DNA of 64,000 nucleotides from Planctomycetota bacterium (GTDB taxonomy: Bacteria; Planctomycetota; GCA-002687715; CAIWVZ01), in contig JBGANV010000001.1 of NCBI GenBank assembly GCA_044222185.1, positions 1,408,001 to 1,472,000 of the forward strand, in the 5' to 3' direction. The position numbers and the translations under genes are program-made. A model generated the notes under the pieces. The model ran no database searches and was not told the origin of the DNA. It worked only from the letters and a program-made list of their open reading frames with translations. Positions 20,255-29,738 of this stretch are shown here, piece after piece. Position 1 is the first letter of the stretch, and every line of letters starts with the position of its first letter.

Positions 20255-21195
20255 ACGCCTTCGTCGAAGCGAACCGTCTTCTCTTCAGCGACTTCCGCTG
20301 GGCTTTCTTCGCGGCGCTGCTGCTCGGAGCCTGCATCCCCGTCGCCGGTTCGTTCCTCGTCCTGCGACGGGTGCCGTTCCTCGCACTTGCGCTTCCGCAG
20401 AGCGCGTTCGCGGGTATGGCGATCGCGCTCTTCATCTTCCCTCACTGGATCCTCATGGCGACGCTCGGCACCGAGCCGTCGCTCGATCACGAGGGCGTCG
20501 AGCCGACGAATGCCTACCTCTTCTGCGGCGCCGCCCTCGCCGTCGCCGCCACCCTCGCAGCGCTGGCCGTCGCCGGACGCGGCCCAACGACGACCCACGT
20601 CGGGTCGCACGCAGCACTGGCGTACGTCCTCACGCTCGCGCTCGGCGAGATCCTCCGCGGGATGACGCCCATGGGCGAACAGAAGCTGGAGCGCCTGATC
20701 CACGGCGAGCTCATCGCCACGAATGGCAAGGACGTGCTCTTCTTCGCCGTCACCGTGATTCCGGCGACGCTCTGGCTCGCCCTTCGGCGCGAACGCATGC
20801 TCTTCATCTCCGCCGAGCCGCACGTCGCGGCGGCGTTCGGCCTGCGTACCGGGCCGGCCGTGGCGTGTCTCTACGGGCTCCTCGGCACCGCCGTCGCGGC
20901 CTCCGTCCCCGTGGTCGGACCGCTCGTGGTCTTCGCGCTCCTGCTGGCGCCGGCGGTCATGTGGCGGCCCATCGCTCGAAGCACGCGCGGGCAACTGGCC
21001 GGCTCGGCTGTGCTGGGGCTGGCGGCGGCATATGTGGGGTCCGTCGCGGCGACGATGCTCGACTGGCCGCTGGGTGCGACCATCGCGACGAGCATCGTCG
21101 CGCTGGGGGCGATCCTGAATGCAGTGCTCGGCCTGGCACGCGTCCTGGGCCTTCGGAGGGACTTCGCTGCCGCGCCGCGCGGCGCGGCGCGGTGA
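20251..21195 (+). CDS. Metal ABC transporter permease (ABC-3/ZnuB-like)
   Basis: GSFLVLRR, VGPLVVFALLLAPA, DWPLGATI; ATGA overlap with the ATPase stop codon. Confidence 0.85.
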   Translation: MNAFVEANRLLFSDFRWAFFAALLLGACIPVAGSFLVLRRVPFLALALPQSAFAGMAIALFIFPHWILMATLGTEPSLDHEGVEPTNAYLFCGAALAVAATLAALAVAGRGPTTTHVGSHAALAYVLTLALGEILRGMTPMGEQKLERLIHGELIATNGKDVLFFAVTVIPATLWLALRRERMLFISAEPHVAAAFGLRTGPAVACLYGLLGTAVAASVPVVGPLVVFALLLAPAVMWRPIARSTRGQLAGSAVLGLAAAYVGSVAATMLDWPLGATIATSIVALGAILNAVLGLARVLGLRRDFAAAPRGAAR

Positions 21196-21292
21196 GGTCG
21201 GACGAAGGAATGTTCTCGCGCCGGCGTGCGTTCCACCCTGATCGGGGCACGTGCTACGATCGCGCCTCCTTTCGCCACCGTCGGAGATCTGC

Positions 21293-22324
21293 ATGCGCCG
21301 CAAGCCGCTTCTCGCTCTCCTCATCGCGCTGCTGGGCTTCCTCGCCGCGGGGTCGCTCCGCGCCCAGCGGGAACGCCCGACGACGCGTCAGTGGCAGGAG
21401 CGGGCCGAGGCGGCATCGAAGGGTCTGGCCGGCAGGATGCGTTTCGACGAGGCGCCCACGAAGCTCCTCAAGCGTGCCGTGCGGTACGCGGTCTACCTGC
21501 CGCCCGGTTACGACGACCCGGCACAGGCGAACACGCGCTACCCGGTCATGTTCTTCCTCCATGGGCTCTTCGAGGACCCGGAGCGATGGGTCGCGCGAGG
21601 CGGCGCCGAGCTGCTCGACCGCGCGATCGCCAAGAAGGACTTTCCGCCGTGCATTCTCGTCGTCGCGTCGGCGGGCTTCACGTTCTACTGCGACACGCTC
21701 GACGGGTCTCATCCATACGGTCGCTTCTACATCGAAGAGTTCGTGCCATTCGTCGACAAGACCTACCGCACGTTCGGCGACCGCGCACACCGCTTGATCG
21801 CCGGGAGCTCCATGGGTGGGTTCGGCGCGCTGAAGTTCGCGTTCCAGCGGCCGGAGCTCTTCGTGGCCGTGGCCGTCCACTCGGCCGCACTGCTCCCCGA
21901 TGACATGAGCAAGGCCTCGATGCGTGCCCAGCGCGCCATGGATCGCCTCAGTGGCCAACTCGCGGACCTGTTCGGAGATCCCCTCGACCAGAACGTGTGG
22001 AACGCCAACAACCCCATGGCACTGGCGAAGAAGCTCAAGCCCGACACGGGGCTTGCGATCTACTTCGACTGCGGCAGCGAAGACAGCTACGGCTTCGATG
22101 AAGGGTGCCGCGAACTCGCGCAGCTGCTCACGACGCAGAAGGTCCCCCATGAGACGGCCATCCGCCCTGGCGGCCACGGCTGGGAGTTCCTGCGAGACTC
22201 GTTCCCTCACTCGCTTGCATTCATGAAGAAGGTGTTGATGCCGGCGAAATCTCCTGATCCGACGCCCGTGGCAACGCCGAAGAAGTCACCGGAAGTTCCA
22301 ACGTCCCGCCCGGGCGGAAACTGA
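21293..22324 (+). CDS. Exported alpha/beta hydrolase esterase (Fes/FrmB-like)
   Basis: Signal peptide; VYLPPGY, YPVMFFLHG, nucleophile GSSMGG, DCGSED, GGHGW. Confidence 0.88.
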   Translation: MRRKPLLALLIALLGFLAAGSLRAQRERPTTRQWQERAEAASKGLAGRMRFDEAPTKLLKRAVRYAVYLPPGYDDPAQANTRYPVMFFLHGLFEDPERWVARGGAELLDRAIAKKDFPPCILVVASAGFTFYCDTLDGSHPYGRFYIEEFVPFVDKTYRTFGDRAHRLIAGSSMGGFGALKFAFQRPELFVAVAVHSAALLPDDMSKASMRAQRAMDRLSGQLADLFGDPLDQNVWNANNPMALAKKLKPDTGLAIYFDCGSEDSYGFDEGCRELAQLLTTQKVPHETAIRPGGHGWEFLRDSFPHSLAFMKKVLMPAKSPDPTPVATPKKSPEVPTSRPGGN

Positions 22325-22338
22325 CAAGCCACACTCCG

Positions 22339-22749
22339 ATGGAGTTCGTTCGCGTGAACCAGAAGCCAAGCTCCGAGCCGAACCAAGCCCCGAACGTCAA
22401 GTCCTACGCCCTCGTGGACCCGGTCGTGAAAGCGCCGTACCTCGAGTTCTACAAGGTGACGTACTCGGACAAGCGCGCAGCCCTCGATCGCAAGATGAAG
22501 GAACTCATCGCGATCTCCGCATCCCTCGCGTTCAACTGCACCAACTGCCTGGATGGGCACATCAAGAAGGCACTGAAGGAAGGCGCGACGCGCGAGGAGA
22601 TCAGCGAAGCGATCGCCGTCACGCTCGGAGTGGCGGCCGCAGCCGTCGTCGACCGAAGCGATCTGGCGGGGTCACGCCTCGGGATCTCGTGGGACAACCT
22701 CCCGACGAGTTTCCCCGACGAGCAGCCGGGGGCGAACGCCGCCGTCTGA
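22339..22749 (+). CDS. Carboxymuconolactone decarboxylase / AhpD family protein
   Basis: ALDRKMKELIAI...CTNCLDGH...GATREEISEA. Confidence 0.88.
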   Translation: MEFVRVNQKPSSEPNQAPNVKSYALVDPVVKAPYLEFYKVTYSDKRAALDRKMKELIAISASLAFNCTNCLDGHIKKALKEGATREEISEAIAVTLGVAAAAVVDRSDLAGSRLGISWDNLPTSFPDEQPGANAAV

Positions 22750-22762
22750 CGTCTTGGCGCGT

Positions 22763-25396
22763 TCAGGCCTTCCTGCGGGTGACGAGCTTCGCGACGAGCG
22801 CGGTCCAGCCAGTCTGGTGTGATGCGCCGAGCCCCTCGCCCGTGTCCCCGTTGAAGTACTCGTGGAACAGGACGTTCTCGCGCCACTCGGGGCGATCGGC
22901 ATAGCGATCGAGTGATCCCATGGCGGGGCGTCGGCCGGTGGGTCCCGGAACGAAGAGGTTCACCAGCCGCTGGGAGAGTCCGTCGGCGATCTGGCCGAGG
23001 GTCGCGGGCTCCGGCCTGAGCGCCGGACACGGCACTCGGAAGTCTGCGCCCAGGTAGTGATCGAATCGCTGGAGCGACTCGATGAGCAGGTAGTTCATCG
23101 GGAACCAGACGGGGCCACGCCAGTTCGAGTTCCCGCCGAACAGGCCCGTCCGCGACTCGGCCGGCTCGTAACCGACGCTGTGTTGCACGCCGTCGAGGTT
23201 CAGAACGTAGGGCGTCGTGGCGTGGGCGCGTGACACCGAGCGGATGCCGAACGGCGACAGGAACTCCTGCTCGTCGAGCATCACCGAGAGGAGACGTGCC
23301 AGGCGATGGCGCGGAACGAGCGACAGCATCCGTCGCTCGGCTCCGTCGGCGCGCTTCGTCCGATCGATGTTGTGTCGCAGGGCCGGACGGTTGCGGATGA
23401 ACCACATCAGGCGCCGGGCGAACCCAGGCAGGCGATCGAGCATCTCCGGCTCGATCGTTTCCACCGCGAACAGCGGCGTCAGTCCGACGATCGAACGGAC
23501 GCGGAGTGGGATGCGATCGCCGTCAGGCATCCGCAGCGCGTCGTAGTAGAAACCGTCGGATTCGTCCCACAGCTCCGAGTCCGAGCCACCGAGGTGGTTC
23601 ATGGCGTCGGCGATGTAGACGAAGTGCTCGAAGAACTTCGACGCCACGTCCTCGTAGGCGCGGTCCGTGTGCGCGAGCTCGAGAGCGATGGCCATCATGT
23701 TCAGGCAGAACATTCCCATCCAGGCAGTTGCGTCCGACTGCTCGAGGTGGCCTCCCCCGGGCAACCGGGCACTCCGGTCGAAAACGCCGACGTTGTCGAG
23801 ACCGAGGAACCCACCCTCGAAGACGTTCCGGCCGCGAGCGTCCTTGCGGTTCACCCACCACGTGAAGTTCAGGAGCAGCTTGTGGAACGCGCGCGAAAGG
23901 AAGTTCGTGTCGCCGACGCCGTGGATCCGGCGATCGATCTTGTAGACGCGCCACACCGAGTAGGCATGAACCGGCGGGTTCACGTCGCCGAACGCCCATT
24001 CGTACGCCGGCAGCTGCCCGTTGGGGTGCATGTACCACTCCCGCAGGAACAGGATCAGCTGGCGCTTCGCGAACGACGAGTCGACCATCGCGTACGCGAT
24101 CGAGTGGAATGCGAGGTCCCACGCGGCGTACCAGGGGTACTCCCATTTGTCCGGCATCAGCACGACGTCTTCGTTGTGCAGGTGTCCCCAATCGGCATTG
24201 CGCCCTGACGTGCGGCCCGCGGGAGGTGGCGGCTCGCCCGGATCACCAGCGAGCCAGCGCGACACGTCGTAGTGGTAGAACTGACGCGACCAGATGAGTC
24301 CCGCGAACGCCTGGCGCTGAACGTCACGCTCGGCGGGGGACGCGTCCGCCGGCACCACGCGGTCGTAGAACGAGCGACACTCGCCCCGGCGAACCTCCAT
24401 GAGGGCGTCGAATTCGGTGCCCGCGAGCCTCGTAGCGCCGTGCGCCGGGCCGAGCGCGACCCGAATCACGCGTGTCTCGCCTCGTTCGAGCCTCAGGACG
24501 TGGTGGTACGCAGCCTTCGTTCCCTCCTGTGCCGGATTCACGGCCGACGTGACGCCGTGGACGACGTACTCGTGAAACGCCTCCTTGGTCCAACCGACGG
24601 CGTTATCGACGCTCCACAGCTTCCGGCGGTTCGTCTCGTTCTCGGTGAACAAGAGCGGGGCGGGAGGGTCGACGCTCCACTGGATCGGATCCAGTTCCGG
24701 GTGCCTGACGACGACGTGTCGGCCCGATCCGTTGCCTTCGGCATGCATGGACGGTTTCACGCCGCCGCGGCCCGTCCCCCAGGTATTGCGGAACCAGAGC
24801 GTCGGCAGCACGTGCAACGTGGCTGCGTCGCCGTGGTTCGTGACCGCGATCGCGACGAGTGTCTCGTCGGGGGAAGCCTTCGCGTACTCGACCCGCATGT
24901 CGAAGTAGCCGCCGTCGAAGATGCCGAGGTCGTGGAGTTCGAGCTCGGGGTCCTGACGACTCCGCTCGGCGTTTCCGCGCACGAGCGTGTCGTAGGGATA
25001 CTCGGCGTGCGGATAGCGGTAGGTCGCTCGGGCGTAGGCGCCCGACGGGAGAGCGTCCTGGTAGTAGTAGACCTCCTTCACGTCCTCGCCGTGGTTCCCC
25101 TCGGGACCGGTGAGGCCGAACAGCCGCTCCTTCAGGATCGGGTCACGCTCGTTCCACAGTGCGACGGCGAAGCAGATCCGCTGGTGGTTGTCGCACCAAC
25201 CGAGGAGACCGTCCTCGCTCCAGCGATACGCCCGCATCGGTGCCTGTGCGTGCGTGAACGACGTCCACGCGCTGCCGTCACCGCTGTAGTCCTCACGGAC
25301 GGTCCCCCACGCGCGTTCGGCGAGATACGGACCCCAACGGTCCCAATGCGCTCGCCGCGCGTCGTTGTCTGCGAGGCGTTGCTCCTCCGGGTGCAT
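22763..25396 (-). CDS. MGH1-like / GH63 glucosidase
   Basis: WGPYLAERAWGTVREDYS, MPDKWEYPWYAAWDLAFH, GNSNWRGPVW, LFHEYFNGDTGEGLGASHQTGWT. Confidence 0.9.
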   Translation of the reverse strand: MHPEEQRLADNDARRAHWDRWGPYLAERAWGTVREDYSGDGSAWTSFTHAQAPMRAYRWSEDGLLGWCDNHQRICFAVALWNERDPILKERLFGLTGPEGNHGEDVKEVYYYQDALPSGAYARATYRYPHAEYPYDTLVRGNAERSRQDPELELHDLGIFDGGYFDMRVEYAKASPDETLVAIAVTNHGDAATLHVLPTLWFRNTWGTGRGGVKPSMHAEGNGSGRHVVVRHPELDPIQWSVDPPAPLLFTENETNRRKLWSVDNAVGWTKEAFHEYVVHGVTSAVNPAQEGTKAAYHHVLRLERGETRVIRVALGPAHGATRLAGTEFDALMEVRRGECRSFYDRVVPADASPAERDVQRQAFAGLIWSRQFYHYDVSRWLAGDPGEPPPPAGRTSGRNADWGHLHNEDVVLMPDKWEYPWYAAWDLAFHSIAYAMVDSSFAKRQLILFLREWYMHPNGQLPAYEWAFGDVNPPVHAYSVWRVYKIDRRIHGVGDTNFLSRAFHKLLLNFTWWVNRKDARGRNVFEGGFLGLDNVGVFDRSARLPGGGHLEQSDATAWMGMFCLNMMAIALELAHTDRAYEDVASKFFEHFVYIADAMNHLGGSDSELWDESDGFYYDALRMPDGDRIPLRVRSIVGLTPLFAVETIEPEMLDRLPGFARRLMWFIRNRPALRHNIDRTKRADGAERRMLSLVPRHRLARLLSVMLDEQEFLSPFGIRSVSRAHATTPYVLNLDGVQHSVGYEPAESRTGLFGGNSNWRGPVWFPMNYLLIESLQRFDHYLGADFRVPCPALRPEPATLGQIADGLSQRLVNLFVPGPTGRRPAMGSLDRYADRPEWRENVLFHEYFNGDTGEGLGASHQTGWTALVAKLVTRRKA

Positions 25397-25451
25397 GTCG
25401 TGGCCGCCTGAGATTCCCTAGCGGGGCCGCCACCGATCCGGCGGGCGGTCG

Positions 25452-26363
25452 TCACCACTTCGGGAGGATGTCTCCCAAAGCGACATCGACCGTTGGGAAT
25501 TGGAACTTGAACCCGGACTCGATCGCCTTGCGCGGAACGACATGCTGCCCCGTCGTGAGGATCGATGCCGATTCGCCGAACAACAGCCTGAGCGCCAGCG
25601 GCGGTGTCGGCAGGAACGCCGGACGCCTCAGCGCCTTCCCGAGAGCCTTCGCGAACTGCCCGTTCGTCATGGCCCCTGGTGCCGCGGCATTCACGGGGCC
25701 GCTGAGCGCCGGGGTGTCGATTCCGTGGAGGATCAGCGCCGCGAGATCGTCGCGGTGAACCCACGAGAACCACTGGCGGCCATTGCCGATGGGCCCGCCC
25801 CCGCCCATGCGGAAGAACGGCATCATCTGAGCGAGGGCCCCGCCGTGCGGGCCGAGCACCACGCCGATCCGGACGATCACGACACGAACGCCCAGGTCGT
25901 TCGCGCGTAGCGCGGAGTCCTCCCACTCGCGGCAGACACCGGCCAGGAAGTCGGTGCCCGCAGCTCCCGATTCGTCGAGTTCCTCGTCCCCCCGCGGGCC
26001 GTAGAAGCCGACCGCCGATGCGGAAACGAGGACCTTCGGCCGCTGCTCGGCAGGCTGGGCCGCCATGGCGTCGACCAGTCTTCTCGTACCCTCGACGCGG
26101 CTTCGACGGATCACGTCTTTTTGCCGCGCAGACCACCGCTTGCCGAAGATCGGTTCACCCGCCAGGTTCACGACGGCATTCACGCCCGCCATCCACGCCT
26201 TGGGTCCGGAATCGGGCGATACGGTCTGAACCTCCTGCCCGAGTGCCTGAACCGCGGCGACGACGTTGCGGGTCATCACACGCACGGAATCCTTCCGCTT
26301 GACGAGCTTCGAGTGGACGGCCTGGCCGACGAAACCGGTTCCTCCAGTGATCAGCACCTGCAT
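25452..26363 (-). CDS. TIGR01777 family NAD-dependent epimerase (YfcH-like)
   Basis: MQVLITGGTGFVG, VVNLAGEPI, SASAVGFYG, GNGRQWFSWVH; GGAGG SD upstream of ATG 26363. Confidence 0.92.
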   Translation of the reverse strand: MQVLITGGTGFVGQAVHSKLVKRKDSVRVMTRNVVAAVQALGQEVQTVSPDSGPKAWMAGVNAVVNLAGEPIFGKRWSARQKDVIRRSRVEGTRRLVDAMAAQPAEQRPKVLVSASAVGFYGPRGDEELDESGAAGTDFLAGVCREWEDSALRANDLGVRVVIVRIGVVLGPHGGALAQMMPFFRMGGGGPIGNGRQWFSWVHRDDLAALILHGIDTPALSGPVNAAAPGAMTNGQFAKALGKALRRPAFLPTPPLALRLLFGESASILTTGQHVVPRKAIESGFKFQFPTVDVALGDILPKW

Positions 26364-26537
26364 GCGTGGTTCCTCCGTCGGTGACTCTCGCACCGGCGTG
26401 CAGGCGACGGAAGCGCGCTCAGACTCTCGGACCGGCGGCACCTTCCATGCGTTGCGCGCCGAAGCACGGGTGGTAGCCTCGCACGCTGACGTCCTCGCCA
26501 CGTCCTCGTTGCATTCCCGACCCGTGGAGCAAGCCCG

Positions 26538-26960
26538 ATGCCTTATGACCCGATGCTCGTGAAACCGATGCGCGAAGAGGTGACCCGCCTCGGCGTGAAG
26601 GAACTCATGACCGCGGCCGACGTCGATTCCGTGCTGACCAACAAAGACGGAACGACGCTCGTCTTCGTGAACTCCGTTTGCGGTTGCGCGGCAGGCGGAG
26701 CGAGGCCGGGCCTCGCGCTGGCGTTGCAGCACCCGGTCAAACCCGACGTGGTCACGACGGTCTTCGCCGGTCAGGACGTGGAAGCCGTCACCCGCGTGCG
26801 GTCGTATTTCGAGGGGGCCGCCCCAAGTTCTCCGGCCGTCGCGCTGTTCAAGGCGGGGAAGCTGGTGCGACTGATCCAGCGTTGGGAGATCGAGGGCCGT
26901 GATCCGCGCCAGATCGCCGCGGACCTCAAGAGCACATTCGACCAATTCTGCAAGTCCTGA
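26538..26960 (+). CDS. BrxA/BrxB family bacilliredoxin (YphP/YqiW-like)
   Basis: VKPMREE, VNSVCGCAAGGARPG, TVFAGQDVEA, PSSPAVALFK, IEGR. Confidence 0.92.
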   Translation: MPYDPMLVKPMREEVTRLGVKELMTAADVDSVLTNKDGTTLVFVNSVCGCAAGGARPGLALALQHPVKPDVVTTVFAGQDVEAVTRVRSYFEGAAPSSPAVALFKAGKLVRLIQRWEIEGRDPRQIAADLKSTFDQFCKS

Positions 26961-29036
26961 GCGCGTCGCCTCGCGGCTCCGCACTTGCCGAACACGCCAG
27001 CGAGGCGCCCGGCGCCGCCGCCGCGTCCGCTGCAGCACCGGCACGGAGCGCAGCAGCATGGAGATCTCCTTCCCGAGGAAGGTCTTCTCACGAATCCGCA
27101 GCGATTGGACGGCTGACGCCAGGAGGCGCCCCGCCTTGGCGTCCTCGCAATTGCACGAGCGCGCCCCTGCGAGAAACAGCGCGACCTCCTCTCCCTCCGC
27201 CGCGCCGGTGACGCGCTCCACGCGGCCGGCGGTCGGCTCGACCACCACGGACGACGCGAGGTAGACGGCGCCGTCGACCTCCCGCATGGCGTCGCGCCAG
27301 ACAGCACTGAACGCACGGCGAACGGGATCGCCGAGCGACGTCCTTCGCGCGCGTTGCCCGGCTCGAACGAGCGCCGGGAGGAGCACGCCTCCGTCGACGA
27401 ACGGGGAGACGCGAAAGTGCCCGGCCTTCGACTCCGCCGGCTCGATCAGGAAGTGCCCGCTTCGCGCCTGCCGGGCGAGCACCAGTCCGGTCGCCCGCCG
27501 GATCACGGCATCGCTGCGCGCGTGCTCCGCGACGATGTCGTCCACGGCGCACAACGCCGTCAAACCCCACCCGATCGAGCGTGGGATCTCGCGGGACCAG
27601 TCGAGTTTCTCGAAGAACGAGAGCTGCTCGCGCGCGGCGACCGCCACTTCGTCCCGCATCCAGGGGTCGTCGAGGCCCTCACTCACGAGCCTGGCGCCCT
27701 CGATCCAGTGGTGCCCGGCCTCGACGACCCCGCTGCGATGTCGAGCCCCGTGCTGAAACGCGAGTCCCGTCCTCCCAGCATCGCGATCCACACACAGGTA
27801 ATGCTCGGCGGCTGCCCGGGCGAGGCGGCCCCACCTCGGCTGCCCCGTCTCTACCCACCGCCACCACAACCCCAGACTGGTGTCCCACTCGCAGTTCCCC
27901 ACCCGCCACCGATCCATGGCCCAGTCCCCGAAGTCCTCCCGCTTCCACCCGAGCCCGTGTCGCGGATCGGAGACCCACGCATCGAGCGCCTCGTCCAGAC
28001 AGCCCGCGAGCGCGGCCTGATCGTTGGAGGTGGTCCCGCTCCCGACACCGAGCTTCCCCGTCGCCGGCAGCGGGCGCGCGAGCACGTCGGGGACGAGCAA
28101 TCCGTCGAGCGAAACCACGACGTCGAGGATCCGCGTCTGCCCCACGGCGAGGTCCGAATCCCGATCGCCCGCGACGGCGATCGCCGCTCGCTCGAACGGC
28201 ATCTCGAACCTGCAAGGACTCCCCTGTCCGACCCGCGCAGCCTGGACCGACCATGACACGCCCGGTGGCGCGAGGACATCCTGCGCGCCGCTTTCGAGGC
28301 AGGACATCACGTCTTCGAAGGTGAGTCCCTGCGCCCGAGGTGTCGCCCCAGGCGGGGTCTCGTCGACGTCGTCCTCGTCGCCCGCATCATCCCGAGCACC
28401 GTCGGCGGCGCGCACGCGGAGGCCCGTGGCCTGCGAAAATCCGTCGCCGTGGCTTCGGGTGAGCACGAGCCGGGCACGAAGGCGGAGAACGTCCTCGTCG
28501 ATCGTCACGAGGAGGCGACGCTCCACGTCTCCGGGAGCCGTGGTCTCCGTGAACCGCAGCACGACGCGAACGGCGTCACGGTCGAACACGTCCCACGTCC
28601 CGCCGACGGCCGACGGCGGAACGAGTTCGAGCGCGGCATCGCCGACCGTGACTCGGCCACTCCAATCGCCCACCACCGGTTCGCCCGCGACGAACGTCTC
28701 GAACCGGTCCCGCGTCAGGTTCACCGGCCACGGCCGCTCAGCCGCTCCCCGGTCCCGCACCGTGAGTCGCGTCGAGCCCGCCTTCAGCGAAGGGAGCACC
28801 GCGCGAACAACGGCGGACCTCTCCCGCTCGATGACGGTTCCCCGGACGACCCGAGATTCGTCATCGACGAGGGTCACCGCTCGCGTCGTCCCCGGGGGCC
28901 CCGCCCTCGACGCCAGTCCGCCGCAGGTGACGACGATCGGCCCAGGACACTCCGCAGGGCTTCGTATCTCCACTTCCTGCGCGGAAAGCGCCGCAGCGAA
29001 CAGTCCCAGGATCGCGATGACGTGCCGGATGTCCAT
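26926..29036 (-). CDS. Exported (alpha/alpha)-barrel protein resembling the YetA / exo-rhamnogalacturonan lyase (PL26) family; no in-frame stop, probable frameshift near 27030
   Basis: Signal peptide MDIRHVIAILGLFAAALSAQ; FGDW...GNCEWD...W..TG...AAAEHYLCVD...HHWIEG. The frame continues through the antisense of the brx gene; the nearest stop (TGA 26926-26928) is in another frame and sets the coordinate given here. Confidence 0.5.
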
Positions 29037-29123
29037 CGACAGAGAGACGCTCGGCACGACTGGAACGTCCGCACCTCTCCGAAAGATGGATGAGGCAGCG
29101 TCGCTTATGATCGAGCCACGACC

Positions 29124-29720
29124 ATGCGCATCGGGCTATTCGGCGGCAGCTTCAATCCGGTTCACAACGGCCACGTCACGATGGCGATCTGCGCCCGCGA
29201 ACAGCTCGAACTCGAACGCCTGCTCGTCGTTCCGGCGCGTCAATCTCCCCACAAGCGCCAGCGCCCGGAGATCGACGACGCGACACGCCTTGCACTCGTG
29301 ACTGCGGCCTTCACCGGAGTGCCGGCCATCGAGGTCGTGCGGTGGGAGCTCGATCGAACCGGACTTTCTTACACCGTGGACACGGTGAAGCAGGCCGCCG
29401 CCACGTTCGCCGGCGCCGAGATCCACATCGTGATGGGCGCCGATTCATTCGTCGACTTCCCCAAGTGGTTCGACGTGCCCGGGATCGTCTCGCGGGCCGC
29501 CGTCGCGGTCGTGCTCAGGCCAGGTCTCGACCACGCGGCGATGGCGGCCCGCGCGTCGACCATCGACGGCCTCCGCTGGCGCACGCTCGAAGTTCCGTTG
29601 AACGCAACGTCGTCGACTCACGTGCGGGAACGCGCACGTGCCGGTCTGCCGCTGCACGGGCTCGTCCCCGACGACGTTCGTCGCATCATCGAACGCGACG
29701 GCCTCTACGACTCCCGCTGA
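29124..29720 (+). CDS. nadD: Nicotinate-nucleotide adenylyltransferase
   Basis: IGLFGGSFNPVHNGH, SPHK, SYTVDT, MGADS, SSTHVR. Confidence 0.95.
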   Translation: MRIGLFGGSFNPVHNGHVTMAICAREQLELERLLVVPARQSPHKRQRPEIDDATRLALVTAAFTGVPAIEVVRWELDRTGLSYTVDTVKQAAATFAGAEIHIVMGADSFVDFPKWFDVPGIVSRAAVAVVLRPGLDHAAMAARASTIDGLRWRTLEVPLNATSSTHVRERARAGLPLHGLVPDDVRRIIERDGLYDSR

Positions 29721-29738
29721 ACGTTCGGTGCGTCCCCA

